Source: Squalus acanthias | Lineage: Eukaryota | Direction of reading: 5' to 3' | NCBI GenBank assembly: GCA_030390025.1 | Contig: CM059438.1 | Coordinates: 53,384,001-53,448,000, forward strand | DNA length: 64,000 nt | Shown here: one piece after another, positions 25,577-38,882 of the stretch | Layout: each line of letters opens with the position of its first letter | Numbering within the stretch: the first letter of the stretch is position 1 | The notes under the pieces: generated by a model | What the model was told of the DNA's origin: nothing | Seen by the model: the letters and a program-made list of their open reading frames with translations, nothing else | Databases searched by the model: none | Translations under genes and position numbers: made by a program

Positions 25577-26854
25577 CTATAAAAAAGAAAAAGTAGTCAG
25601 CATGGATTTATAATGGGTAACTGGTGCTTGACAAATTGAATTGACTTTTCTTTTAGGATATAGATACGTGCATGGACAAAGGGAATGCAAGGGACATTGT
25701 GTAAACAGTTCCCACTGCTTATAGTGGGCACATTGGTGTTAACGGGATTAGCCTGCTATATGCGTTGGGTGGTGTGACTCCTTTTAGAGACCAGAGAGAG
25801 AAGGAAAGAAACGACTGGCTGGATTCCAATTCTGTTCTGCGGTTATTGTTAGCAAAATTTAACGTGAAAAGGGATGAACAAATGGTTTGTCTGGGTTTTA
25901 AACCAAGGGTTTTCCAATGTTTCCAAATTACCGATTGAAGAATCGGGAGCTGGTAAAATGCAGGAGGGACAGGATTTCTTAAATCTCTGCAGTAGTTACT
26001 GCTAACTGAGCCATGGGTGGGGTTCTAATTCACAACCGGTGGATTGTTAACAGTGTGGGGACTCAAAACAGACATAGAATGATCCATGGAAAGATTTAAA
26101 TACGAATGATAACGAGGTGCAAAAAACTTCTCGAATTGTCCAAAATAGCCAGCACGTGTAACATGTTAGAAGTAGCGCCTTTGTAATCGATGGTACTGGC
26201 AAACGGTTAGGGCTATTTGCCAGATATCGGCAGCTTCCCACGACAAGCGTGGACAGTATACACGGATTTTTCGAAGGCATGTGATAAGGTGCCACAAGAG
26301 ACTGGTTACAAAAAGGAAAGCACTGGATACTGTAATAAAGGGAAAGTAGCCACATTGGCAGAGAGATGGCTAGTGAACAGAAAGGAGATAGCAGGGATAA
26401 ATGGGTGTTTTAGGATTGAGGAGAGGTGGGTAGCGGTGTGCACAGGGATGTATGCTGGGATTTCTCATATTCTAGCAATAAGGTGATTTGGATATGGGTA
26501 CAAAAGGAATGACATTTTGCTGATGTTACAAAATTAGAGGGCATGGCAAAGAGTGAAGAACAACTCAGGATGGCTCGGACAGGTTAGCACAGTGGGCAGA
26601 TAGGCAGCAAGTACAGGTCAGTTAGAGAAATGTCAAGTACTATATTTTGGGAAATTAGAATACCAAGAATGAGAAGTTATACTTAAAGAAAGATTTGAAA
26701 AACTAGGTCTTTATTCACCATAACAGAGAAAGTTAAGGAGATGGCAATTTTAAGAAGTTTTCAAAATTATGAAAGGCCTCGAGAGGGTAACAATGGGCTA
26801 CAAACTGAGGATTATTACAAGAACAAAGGGGGAACTTTTGCACATGGTTATTTC

Positions 26855-27532
26855 GACCATCAACATCCTGGGGGGTCACCATTGACCAGAAACTGAACTG
26901 GACCAGTCACATAAATACTGTGGCAACAAGAGCAGGTCAGAGGCTAGGTATTCTGCAGCGAGTGTCTCACCTCCTGATTCCCAAAGCCTTTCCACCATCT
27001 ACAAGGGACAAGTCAGGAAAGTGTGATGGAATACTCTCCACTTGCCTGGATGAGTGCAGCTCCAACAATACTCAAGAAGCTCGACACCATCCAGGACAAA
27101 GCAGCCCATTTGATCGGCACCCCATCCACCACCTTAAACATTCACTCCCTCCATCACCGGCGCACCGTGGCTGTAGTGTGTACCATCTACAAGATGCACT
27201 GCAGCAACTCGCCAAGACTTCTTCAGCAGCACCTCCCAAACCTCTTCCACCTAGAAGGACAAGGGCAGCAGGCGCACGGGACCACCATCACCTCCAAGTT
27301 CCCCTCCAAGTCACACACCATCCTGACTTAGAAGTATATCGCCATTCCTTCATAGTCACTGGGTCAAAATCCTGGAACTTCCTACCTAACAGCACTGTGG
27401 GAGTACCTTCACCACATGGACTGCAACGGTTCAAGGCGGCGGCTCACCACCACCTTCTCAAGGGCAACTAGGGATGGGCAATAAATGCTGGCCATGCCAG
27501 CGACGCCCACATCCCATAAACGAATAAAAAAA
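26855..27532 (+). mobile_element. LINE (CR1/L2 group, Crack/Daphne-like) 3' fragment with A-rich tail
   Basis: MEYSPLAW..KLDTIQDKAA..SLHHRR..IYKM RT C-terminus; degenerate second copy at ~27600-27775. Confidence 0.8.
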
Positions 27533-28140
27533 CAGAACATGAATTGCTTTACCACAAGTGGCTATTTAAACAGAGAGATGGAACACCATCACCCCCAAGT
27601 TATACACTATCCTAATTTGGGCATACATTGTCACTGGTAAATGTCCTGGAATTCCCAATCTAACAGCATTCTGGGAGCACCTTCACCACAGGGACTGCAT
27701 CAGGTTAAGCAGGCAGCCCACCACCTTCTCAGGGCAGCTAGGGATGGCAACAAATGCAGCCCACATCCCAAGAAAATTACTCAGTAAGTTTTTGAAAAGA
27801 ATATAAAAGGATATAGAAAATGTGATCAGAGTAAATAACCCAGTTAAGAAGCTAGCACCGGAGCTAGCAGCAGCAGACACGATGGGCCTAATGCCTCCTT
27901 CTGTGCTGTAGTTCTATGATTCTCTGGATTAAATATGCCCGATAACACTGGAGGGTAAAAGCAGTGACAAGACACTTGACCTAGCTAAATAGGAGATGCA
28001 TAAGGTCAAGTCTTGGAGGCAGAATCCTAGAAGAACAGCAGTGGAAAGAGGCAAGTAATTGAGGACATTTCAGCTTCCTTCAATACGCATGACATCAGGG
28101 ACAAGAGTCCGTATATCACCTTGTGAAACAAGCATGTTAC

Positions 28141-28205
28141 CTCCTTAGTGATGTAATCAGAAAGATTGTATGTTTCCTCTTCTCTTCCCCTTTTCTTCTT
28201 TTTTG
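28141..28205 (-). CDS. HELLS: HELLS coding exon 6 (KKKKRGREEETYNLSDYITKE; NLS-like)
   Basis: Resembles HELLS 'KKRGREDESYNISEVMSKE'; 65 bp, phase 1 to 0; GT-AG. Confidence 0.9.
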
Positions 28206-28339
28206 CTAAGTTTTTAAAAATCAGAAAGAAGAAGATTATTTAACTGGCAGGATCTTTGAATGATGTGCATCCTCCACATTGCGCAGAAACATCACACAGC
28301 TTGATCAGCTCTGAGGAAACCACATGCTAAGCTAAATAC

Positions 28340-29119
28340 GATAGCAAAATACTGCGGATGCTGGAAATCAGAAATAACAACAGAAAACGCTGGAAAAACT
28401 CAGCAGGCCAGGCAACATCCATGGAGAGAGAAAGAGAGTTAACGTTTCAGGTCGAAACCCTTCGTCGGAACTGAGAGAGCAAGAAATAAACAGATAAAAA
28501 TGCAAGGGGGAGGCTGGGGGGAGGAATAAAAGAACAAAAAGGATGGTCTTTAGTGAGTAGAGACATTAAGAGATGCTCAAGGCAAGACGAGATGGTAATG
28601 GGACAGGTTGAGAAACAAAAGGTAAGGTGTGAAATGCTGGCAGAATCAGAGACAGCTGCCGTGGGGGGAGAGAGAGAAAAAAAGGAAAAAGGCACGGACC
28701 AAAAGAGTGGATAAAATGTATACATATGTGGTAGGGGCCGGGGTTATGATCTGAAATTGTTGAACTCGATATTGAGTCCGGAAGGCTGTAAAGTGCCTAA
28801 ACGGAAGATGAGGTGCTGTTCCTGGAGCTTACGCTGCGCTTCCGTGGAACAATGCAAGAGGCCGAGGACGGTGAGGTCTGAGTGAGCGTGGAGGGGTGAA
28901 TTAAAATGACAAGCGACCGGAAGCTCGGGGGTCACCCTTCCGGACTGAACGGAGGTGTTCCGCAAAGCGGTCACCCAATCTCCCCCTTGCATTTTTATCT
29001 GTTTATTTCTTGCTCTCTCAGTTCCGACGAAGGGTTTCGACCTGAAACGTTAACTCTCTTTCTCTCTCCATGGATGTTGCCTGGCCTGCAGAGTTTTTCC
29101 AGCGTTTTCTGTTGTTATT
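28340..29119 (-). mobile_element. Penelope-like retroelement 3' fragment with inverted terminal repeat
   Basis: GIY-YIG C-terminal peptide PVACHFNS..H..EQHLIFRLGTLQPSGLN (28744-28930); ~140-bp inverted arms; TSD GCTAAGCTAAATAC at 28326-28339 and 29120-29133. Confidence 0.88.
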
Positions 29120-29199
29120 GCTAAGCTAAATACCCTGACAATGAAGATAGGGAGACTACCCCTCAATCCCATAAAGCCTCTAAAATCATTTCAGCTTGT

Positions 29200-29940
29200 A
29201 TCTTTAGAAAAAGTAATGTGAAGTTTGCATTGAACCTTGGTTAGACCACGCTTGGAGTACTGAGTACAGTTCTGGTCGCCATATTATAAAAATAGAGGCA
29301 CTAGAGGGTGCAAAAAAGATTTACAAGGATGATACCAGAACTGCAACGTTATACCCATCAGGAAAGGATGAACAGGCTGGGTCTCTCTTCTCTTGAAAGA
29401 GAAGGCTGAGGGGTGGCCTATTAGAAGTCTTTAAAATTATGAAAGGTTTTGATAGTGTAGACAGAGAGAGAGTGTTTCCACTTGTGGGGAAGAGCAAAAC
29501 TAGAGGCCATCAATATAACGATAGCAAAATACTGCGGATGCTGGAAATCCGAAATAACAACAGAAAACGCTGGAAAAACTCAGCAGGCCAGGCAGCATCC
29601 GTGGAGAGAGAAAGAGAGTTAACGTTTCAGGTCGATGACCTTTCATCAGAACTCATCAATATAAGATAGTCACCAAGAAATCAAATGGGCAATTCAGAAG
29701 AAATGACTTTACCCAGAGAGTGGTGAGGATGTGGAACTCGCTACCACAGGGAGTGGTTGAGGCGAATAGTATAGATGCATTTAAGGGGAAGTTAGATAAG
29801 CATATGAGGGAGAAGTGAATAGAGGGTTATGCTGATAGAGTTAGATGAGGAAGGATGGGTGAAGGCTCGAGTGGACTATAAACGCCGGCATGGACTGGTT
29901 GGGCCGAATGACCGGTGTCTGTGCTGTATATTCTATGCAA
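29200..29940 (+). mobile_element. CR1 LINE 3' fragment interrupted by a Penelope repeat
   Basis: RPRLEY..QFWSP region and CR1 3' UTR. Confidence 0.85.
29519..29653. mobile_element. Short Penelope terminal-repeat insertion
   Basis: Near-identical to 28340-28470; 11-bp TSD CATCAATATAA at 29508-29518 and 29654-29664. Confidence 0.85.
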
Positions 29941-31251
29941 GTCACAGGGAGATGGAGTAAACACTTACAGAAACATCGAGTCACCCACACAGTTCCACCT
30001 TCAAGTAGAAATATGGGAGGTGATGGATACATTGGAGAGGCAAAACCCTGTGTTGCTGCCAACATTCTCTCAGTACCAGCGAGTTCCGATCACCAATGAA
30101 CTCTCGACATTGCAGGAGGGGACAGGATCTTGAGCGCCAGACTCAGTTTATGTTGTTGAGGACTCAGCCTGCGCAGTGCCAGTGATTCCTCAGCACAGCA
30201 CCAGACTGGGAGTACCCCATATTCTTGGGCTTACTGCAATTTACTATCTCGTTCTAAATTAATGCCAGATAATGGTGCAGCCATCCAATCCAAGAGCATC
30301 CTGTGAAGTGGAGATAAATTCGGCAAGTTGCACCATCATGTCTGGGCAACAAGCGTTTGATGATCGCGAACGTCTGCGATTATGTTAGACGATTGTATTT
30401 GGCACAATATTTAAAACTATTGGCAGATATTGGAATTGGGAAACGTGTTGGTCCCACCATGCAGACACGAGTTTGTATACTGTACAACTAAAGCACAGTT
30501 GGACCATATTCTGCCAACTATAAAGTTCCAATTTGGCCTCACCTCTCGTTCACTAATACTTTTGGTTGAATGGTTGGAGACTATGTCCTAAATTTTGATT
30601 ATGAGAAGTGTAAGCAGAGGCCAGTGCAGGTCCTGGGGCTGGGACTATGTATGACACAGGAGCAGGACACCATGTACAGCAGTGCTTATCTGCAACAGGA
30701 CGCCATTTTCACGTGCATGCTAAGCATGTGGTTTCCCTAGAACCTACCGAGCTCAGCTTATACACCTACAACATGTGCAGGATACAGAATGAAGAAACAG
30801 AAATGCTCATGGCTGGCCATGTACTTTGAGACACTCCCAGGGTCAGACATCTTGGGGCTCAGTTCACCTTTCTAAACAACTGTAGCATCAATTTTCCAAC
30901 TGCCCAATCTTTCTAAATCTGAAACCACAGTACTAAAGGATTAGATCACTTTAATGGAACATCTTTTGCTTTAAGACACTACCAAAGCTATCATGAACAC
31001 AAGCATTTAATTTTTAATCTAAAAAGGGTGGTGAAATTGATCTAAATTGGTTAAAAACTTCAGAACATTCAGATGCCACAACAGGCTTGGCTGAAAATGT
31101 CATACGTACTTGTGGGTTTGCTCTAATTGAAAGACAATTAAATAAATAGAGTGATTAGCTGGATTGCTCGATTCAAAGTGGATTACAATCGACATCTTCC
31201 TTGTAGCAAATTGCTCAACAAGACCACTGTAGTTTTAAAACACACACATAC

Positions 31252-31291
31252 CTGTTTCAGTTTCTTGTATTGAGGAGTTGTCCCCCTTCAC
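31252..31291 (-). CDS. HELLS: Probable HELLS coding exon 5 (VKGDNSSIQETET)
   Basis: Good acceptor (ttttgtctgtgtacag) and donor (CAG|GTATGT); 40 bp phase 0 to 1 fits exon 6, but not exon 4 as assembled (see findings). Confidence 0.6.
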
Positions 31292-31699
31292 CTGTACACA
31301 GACAAAATAAAAAGTCAAATTTGTGGCTTCACTGGAAACACCTCGGTCTGAGGAATTTAAAACACAATTTTTCTGAACAAAAGCCACCAGTTTAGCACTG
31401 GTTTTATACAATACTTTAAAAAAGAAAGAAAGAGAGAAGGAGAGATGGAGCTATCCCCAAAACCCTGCAACACTTGAACAAGCTAGATTCTCATCATGCA
31501 GAACTCCAGGGACCCTACTTGTGGCGAAGGGTTCAAATACCAGTGGGGCAGAAATTAACAATTGGGAAATTAGGCACCAGAAGGAAAGTCAGACAGACAA
31601 TCAGAGAGTTACATGCGGAGGTCACTGAAGCAGAAAGAATAAATGAGCCCAAAGCAGCAATTAGATTGATTTCTGCAGGGAAATAGGAGTGAGGAATAC

Positions 31700-32018
31700 G
31701 GGCAACACGGTGGCATAGTGGTTAGCACTGTTGCCTCACAGCGCCAGGGACCCGGGTTCGAATCCGGCCTCGGGTGACTGTCTGTGTGGAGTTTGCACAT
31801 TCTCCCCGTGTCTGCATGGGTTTCCTCCGGGTGCTCCAGTTTCCTCCCACAGTCCAAAAGATGTGCGGGTTAGGTTGATTTGGCTATGATAAATTGACCC
31901 TTAGTGTTAGGGGGATTAAATACGTGGGGTTACGGGGATAGGGTGGGATATGTGTCGGTGCAGGCTCGATGGGCCGAAATGGCCTCTATCTGCACTGTGG
32001 GGATTCTGTGATTCTGTG
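31700..32018 (+). mobile_element. HE1/V-SINE (tRNA head, V domain, CR1-like tail)
   Basis: A/B boxes tggcatagtgg and ggttcgaatcc; V-domain 'gtgtggagtttgcacattctccccgtgtctgc..gggtttcctccgggtgctcc'; attctgtg tail. Confidence 0.9.
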
Positions 32019-32901
32019 AATAGTGGGAGAAGGTGGAAAGGTGGGTTTGATCTATATAAAAAGGATGGACTTTGAATCTGATGGCTTTATCCTGTTCTTA
32101 TAGTACAGTACGTTTCCATAGCATTGCTCACAGTACAGCAGATAAAATGTTGTTTTAAAGGGTCAGCCTTGGCTCAGTGATTGCAATCTCACCAGTGTCT
32201 GAAGGTCATGGGTTCATCCACTCCAGAGATTTTAGCATATAGTCTAGGCTGACACTTCAGTGCAGTATTGCACTGCTACACGGTCGGAGATGTCATCTTT
32301 CAGGCAAGACATTAAACCAAGGCAACGTCTGCCCCCTCAGGTGGATGCAAAAGATCCCATGGTACTATTCGAAGGAGTTCTCCCAATGTCCTGGCCAAAA
32401 TTTATCCCTCAATCAAGGTCACTAAAATAGTTTATTTGGTCATTTATCTCATTGCTGTTTGCAAATTGGCTGCTGCATTTCCTACATTACAACAGTGACA
32501 ACATTTCAAAAGTTCTTAATTGGCTGTAAAGCACTTTGGGACGTCCTCAGGTTGTGAAAGGCGCTATATAAATGCAAGTCTTTCTTTCCGTTATAAGCAC
32601 AGAAGTCTTATACCATGTAATAGACAATGTATTACTCTGTTCCAAAGGAGAAATTTCTTTATGCAGGGAGTTGTTAGAGCATGGAATGCTTTGTCACAGT
32701 TAGTAGTTGATGCAGGGAGCATTGAATCTTTTGAGAAGGGTAGATACACATTTGATGCAGGTAGCTAAATGGCCACCTTCTAAACTACATTTTTCTGATT
32801 CCATGACAGTGAGGGAGAGTGAAATGGAGAGTGTCTGATTCCCCAGCACTGATTCCCCTCACCTTAATGACCACATAAATCATCCCCCAACTAGACATTA
32901 C

Positions 32902-32956
32902 CGTTTGAGCCATCACCAGCTTTTTTTTTCTCAAGCTTTTCTTTTCTTTGCTGTTC
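32902..32956 (-). CDS. HELLS: HELLS coding exon 4 (EQQRKEKLEKKK...)
   Basis: Resembles HELLS 'EQKKKEKLERKK'; GT-AG; 55 bp as assembled, containing an A9 run. Confidence 0.85.
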
Positions 32957-33824
32957 CTGTTAGAGACAAAAGCGTAATGTTTCCAGTAATCCAATGTGAC
33001 GGAAAAGGTATTTTATCTTTAACATCCGAATATAATTAAAAAAACCTAAAATCAGAGGCAAATTCCCCTTCCATTCCAGGGTGAGGTTTCACCAAGTAGC
33101 TCTTTTTAAAGAGAATTCATTTCCTATTCTCCCCCAGCACCTCTTTAAAACCTACCTCTTTGACCAAGATTTGGGTCATCTGCCCTAACATCTTATATGG
33201 CTCGTGTTAAATTTTGTTATTGACAACGCTCCTGTGAAGCGTCTTGGGAAGTTTTACTACGTTAAAGGCACTATATAAATGTAAGCTCTTGTTATTGAAG
33301 CCAGTTTCATGCCCACAGACACTGACAGCGTCCCACTAATTCACCCCAAGTGGCGATTCTTCATGCGTGAGTTTTCGACTGTGGGGTAGAAGCAAGCAGA
33401 ACTTGGCTCTCCTTTTGTTAGGCAGCCAGACCTACGCACTTTCCAGCAAGGGTCACCAACAGTGAACTGAAGCAGGATTCCCAGCTGATTGTAGCCCTGC
33501 CTATCCCAAGGGTACAGACCAACTACTTCCCCAACTCTGCAGAGACCTGGTTCGAATGGCAATGCTTTTACCCCCAAGCCCATCGCTGCAGCAAGATCAT
33601 TACTACTTCACCACCATTCAGATAGATTGGACAAACCATCAAAAAAAGCAGAGCCCCGAACCTTCACCTGATGCAGCAAAATATACCAAGTAACAAACTG
33701 AAAACTAAAGCAGTTATCTGGCACCAACTTTCAATGTAGGTAATTTGTATGGGTACTGCTAAGGGAGGGAATGCTAAATTCAATTCAGAAGACAGCACGG
33801 AACAAGAACAGACCACTTGGCCCT

Positions 33825-34170
33825 CCCACAGCCCGTGTACACTCTCCCCCATCATGGACTCTACCCACCCATTTAATCTCTTCCCACAGCCCATGGACAC
33901 TCTCCCCCATCATGGACTCTACCCACCCATTTAATCTCTTCCCACAGCCCATGGACACTCTCCCCCATCATGGACTCTACCCACCCATTTAATCTCTTCC
34001 CACAGCCCATGGACACTCTCCCCCATCATGGACTCTACCCACCCATTTAATCTCTTCCCACAGCCCATGGACACTCTCCCCCCATCATGGACTCTACCCA
34101 CCCATTTAATCTCTTCCCACAGCCCATGTACACTCTCCCCCCATCATGGACTCTACGCACCCATTTAATC
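33825..34170. repeat. 58-bp tandem repeat, ~5.5 copies
   Basis: Period measured at 33891/33949/34007. Confidence 0.9.
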
Positions 34171-34475
34171 TGTGGAGGGAAAGTTCTGTATAACTGTCCA
34201 AAAGGTAATCAAGCAAACCATAGAATAATCAATCAAAAAAAAAAATCAGAAAATGCTGGAAATACACAGCTAGTTTGTCAGGGTATGAAGTAGAAACAGA
34301 CAGGTTAACAATCCAGGTGGGATCCTTTGTTAGAACTGTTTTGATTTCCAGCACTTTTACTTTTAGGATACCCATTTCCACTATTCACCCCTGGCCGCTG
34401 TGCTCTAGAGAACATCCTCCTCCCCAGCAGCATCACACCATATGGCTAAAGGAACCAAATACACGGAGATCCTAC

Positions 34476-34598
34476 CTCCAGCTGCTGTTGCTCCATCTTC
34501 GTCAGCAAGAACTTCGAGTAAATGTTACTCTTCTCCAGTAAGTGCTGTAATCGCTTAAAACGCATTTCCCGCGAGTCTTTTTCCCAGAACATTTTAGC
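34476..34598 (-). CDS. HELLS: HELLS coding exon 3 ([41 protein letters not shown])
   Basis: Translated by hand; near-identical to the conserved HELLS N-terminal coiled coil '[24 protein letters not shown]'; 123 bp. Confidence 0.96.
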
Positions 34599-35566
34599 CT
34601 AGAAAAAGAAATCACGCGTCACGAAAGAAATTGGGGCCAAAAGTCACACAGCAATACACCGCTTCATTTCTAGTTTAACCTCACTCTCCATAAACACTGA
34701 CAAGCCACAGGAATCTTTTACGAATACAGGAATCCTTTAGGCACAAATAAGTCATTCCTTTTTCCCCCAGATCAACCCAACTGATCCATCTACTCTATAC
34801 ACGGCAATTCACTGCAGAAAGCATTCTAATGCGGTGTAGTATGGAGGGCGTGCTGTACTGGTAGAGGTGTTCCTTTTGAATAAGACGTCTGCCCGCTCAG
34901 CTGTTTAAAGATCCCAAAGCACCCTCTGAAGATGTGGGGAATTCTCAGTGTCCTGGCCAATATTCCTCCCTTAGCCAACACCACCAAAAATAGATTAACT
35001 AATCATCCCTTTACTATTTGTAGGATGTTCCAGTGTGCAAAATTGGCTGCTGTATTTGTCTACGCAACAGTAAATGCACTTCAAAATTAGCTGGGAAGCT
35101 CTCTTGGACATCCTGAGGGGCACTATATAAAAGCAAGTTCTGTCGTGCCTCAAAACCATTTATATAATTCACTTTGATGATTAGTCCACAAATACCTTCA
35201 GGTGCTGGATAAAAAAAAAGTCACCCTAACTTCCCTTCTTATTCCTAACTTCCTAGTTTTAACTCGTGTGCCCCAGTATCGAAAGCTTCACCTCAAAGTC
35301 TCTTTTTCAAAGGAAACAAGCCCAACTTCCTTAATATTTCCTCAGAACTTAAATTCCTAATACCCTGAACCCTCTCGCCCCATTTGATTTCACCACCCGT
35401 CCCGCATAAGCGCAAAGGACACAAGTTATGTTGACAGGGTGAGATGAAGTAGGGTGGGAGGAGCATGGACCAGTTGGGCCAAATGGCCTGTGCTGTAAAA
35501 TTCTGTGCAAGTTTGCTGCAGCAGCTAATGTTGTGAATTACAGTGTAATTTAACAAAGATCCTTAC

Positions 35567-35688
35567 CTGCTGCAAGAGCTTTCTCTCCTCCTCCTGCCCT
35601 TCCCTCTCTAGCTGCCTTTCCTCTTCCAACATGCTGGCTGTGATGATCTCATTCACCTCAGGCTCAGCCATCTCACCGTTTCTAGATT
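35567..35688 (-). CDS. HELLS: HELLS coding exon 2 (ESRNGEMAEPEVNEIITASMLEEERQLEREGQEEERKLLQQ)
   Basis: 'IT..MLEEE.QLE' HELLS motif; 122 bp, phase 1 to 0; GT-AG. Confidence 0.92.
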
Positions 35689-36237
35689 CTGTGAAAGGAA
35701 ACACAGGCCAGAGCATTTATTCAAACGGTTAAATAACCCCCTGATTGCTCAATAAAGTAACAATGAGGTCCCAAGCCATACACAGCAAAAGATCAAGTTT
35801 GATCTCAGGCTGTGTTATTACACTCACCCTTGGTGGCCCTGGGCTAGGAAGGGAATCTCATCATGATCAGTCAATGCCCGATGGAAGGGCAGGTAATGAC
35901 AGAATAACGCTTGCCTATGACTTCCATAGCCTGCCAACACTCACCATTTCGACTCACACATGAAGATTGACCACTTGATTTGCCAATGCCCAGAACCATA
36001 ATCTAGCAAAAACCACTTGTCTGCCTTCAGCCGAGATGGGGAGAAAAATAACGGCCTGTGCCAACTGAACAGGCATTAGGCACCGCAAAACAGAACAAGG
36101 CGACTTCCACCAGGGCCTGGCAATGTCCACTGCCAGGAGCACTTAACCTCTAGCTTTATGCAAAATTGCACGTTACCTTTTGTGATCAAGTCACTCAGCT
36201 GCACAGTATAAATATTGCGGTGATTATAATCACTCAA

Positions 36238-36485
36238 CCATCGGTGGCTGTGCCTTCAGCTGCCTAGGCCCCAAGCTCTGGAACTCCCTCCCTAAACCTC
36301 TCTACCTCGCTTTCCTCCTTTAAGATGCTCCTTAAAACTTACCTCTTTGACCAAGCCTTTGGTCATCTGCCCTAATTTCTTCGTATGTGACTCGGTGTCA
36401 AATTTTTGTCTTATAACAGTCATGTGAAGCCCCTTGGGACGTTTTACTACGTTAAAGGCGCTATATAAATGCAAATTGTTGTTGA
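36238..36485 (+). mobile_element. L2-type LINE 3' end
   Basis: 'gccttcagctgcctaggccccaagctctggaactccctccc..aaggcgctatataaatgcaa..ttgttg' tail; shorter copy at ~33140-33295. Confidence 0.8.
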
Positions 36486-37524
36486 TTCTATCCCTTAGGA
36501 TTTCTGGGGGAGGAAGGGAGACACTGCAAATCATTCCTAGTAGAGGCCCCACAGTGTTTTTTTGTAATCTGCAGCAAATAAAATGAACTGCTTTGGCAGG
36601 AAATTGGTATTTGTACTCAACCATCATAATCAGTGGCACTTCTAACCAGTTACTTCTGAACAAACCACAGCAAAGAGACTGCCATTAGTTTATTGCCCTA
36701 CTCAGGTGATTCCTGCTGAACAGGGTGTGTACGTGACTTTCATAATCACCGTCAAAGGCTCACGTGAAGAACAATCACTTGGATGGGAAAAACAGCAATG
36801 AGATAATGACCAGAAAATCTGTTTTAGTGAAGTTGGTTGAAGGATAAATATTGGCCAGGAAACGGGGGGCGGGGGGGAAGACAGCTCCCCTGCTCTTCTT
36901 CGAATAGTACCATGGGAATTTTTACACCCACCGGAGGGCAGATAGGGCCTCTGTTTAACGTCTCATCCAAAAGACGGCACCTCCTGACGGTGCAGCACTC
37001 CCTCAGCATTGTACTGAAATGTCAGCCTGGATTATGTGCTCAAGTCTCTCGATTGGGACTTGAACCCGCAACCTTCTGACTCAGATGTGAGAGTGCTACC
37101 ACTGAGCCACAGCTGACACCTTGGTTAACGCAGCTTGTTGGGCACATAATACCGGAATATTTACTCTTCAACCAACCTGATCTGGGGTGCTTGATGATGA
37201 TGCTTGACATCCAAAATAGGAAAGTGTCCCAGCACTAACACTTCAGTTTAGCCAGCATAAAAAAAGACAAAAAAAGTCTTCTGACAATGTCAGAATTTAA
37301 ACGTGACTCACTGTACCAGGAATCTATTGTAAAGGCAGTAAAGAGTCCAAACAGAACTCTGGAGACCAGACATGTATAAATAACTACCAGCTACTTCAGC
37401 ATTCCAGGGTACATTTTAAAAATCAACATCATGTGAACTTTGTAATCAACACCAATTTGATGCATCGTGAGCCTCTTTTTTTTTTACAAAGATACATGAT
37501 GAACAAAAAGTTCTTTTATAACCA

Positions 37525-38165
37525 TACAACAAACAATAACTTGCATTTAAAAGTAAAACGTCCCAAGGTGCTTCAGAGGAGCGATCAGACAAAATTTAAC
37601 ACCGAGCCACAGAGATATTAGAACAGGTGATAAGTTTGGTCAAAGAGGCAGGTTTTAAGGAGCGTCTTAAAGGAGGAGAGGTAGAGAGGCGGAGAGGTTT
37701 AGGGAGGGAATTCCAGAGCTTGGGCCTTGGCAGCTGAAGGCACGGTTGGCAATGGTGGAGTGATGGAAATCCGGGATGTACAAGAGGCCAGATTTGGAGA
37801 ATCGCAGAGATCTCAGAGGGGTGTAGCGCTGGAAGAGGTTACAGAGATAAGGAGGGGTGAGGCCATGGCGGGATTTGAAAACAAGGATGAGAATTTTAAA
37901 ATCGAGGCATTGCCGGACCAGGTGCCAATGTAAGTCAGCGAGCACAGGGATGATGGGTGAACGAGACTTGGTGCAAGTTAGGACACGAGCAGCAGTTTTG
38001 GATGAGCTCAAGTTTACCAAGGGTGCAAGGTGGGTGACCGGCCAGGAGTGCATTGGAATAGTCAGGTCTGGAGGTAACAAAGGCATGGGTGAGGGTTCCA
38101 GTAGCAGATGGGCTGAGGCAAGGGCGGAGACAGGCGATGTTACGGAGGTGGAAGTAGGCCATTTA
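37525..38165 (-). mobile_element. L2-type LINE 3' fragment
   Basis: [39 protein letters not shown]. Confidence 0.88.
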
Positions 38166-38538
38166 GAATGGACAAATTCAGCACTGCTTTCTGATGAGCA
38201 GGGTTAAACAAACACCCGGTGACACACTAGTTGGGTGGGCTACATACACAGCCCTTTTATATTGGAGAACTGCAGGGCACATCAGTCAGCAATTAGTTCA
38301 AAATTGCATTCACAACTTTGATAATGTGGCTGGGACTTTCGGATTTCACCTTAAGTTGTGTATGGGCCAGTAGTGGCAAAAACGCACTGCTGGCTAACGA
38401 GCTGCCAATGGCATTTCTGACAGAAGCACCCAGCAAACAACTGCTAGAGTAGGTTTCACTCCCTCCAACAGCAAACATATCATTTACACTGTAGCATAAA
38501 GGGGAGCAACAGTAAGAGGAGTGCCCATTTAACTTCAC

Positions 38539-38617
38539 CTGTGACAGAGCCAGAGTGTGGCAGGCCAGAGTCCAGCAGCTCCTGCTCCTCACTGGAGTTT
38601 ACTCGAAGACAAGACAT
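38539..38617 (-). CDS. HELLS: Probable HELLS start-codon exon (MSCLRVNSSEEQELLDSGLPHSGSVT); exon 38539-38639 includes 22 nt of 5' UTR
   Basis: Acceptor gtttttag, AAAATG start, 79 nt ending phase 1 at CAG|GTGAAG, matching the phase-1 entry of exon 2; no sequence conservation to confirm. Confidence 0.6.
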
Positions 38618-38882
38618 TTTTCTTTCACCCTTGGAGGCACTAAAAACAAGAATGTTCCATTAGATACAGTAACCAAACACAGACTGGCAACTGAAGATAG
38701 AGACAGAGGGTGCAAGTGAACTACAGGCAGTCGGAGCTAGAAGATAGAGATACACACACACACAGGTAGTAGGAACGAGAGAAAGAAAGATACCATAGTC
38801 AGACAAGTGCAAACAGAGACATCCATCACATTCAGCCCATGAATGTTCATCTCTCCCATCATGGCATCAAATTTTATTTGTT

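Noticed and set aside
31700..31775. tRNA-like A/B boxes
   Set aside because: SINE head followed by V domain and LINE tail, not a tRNA gene
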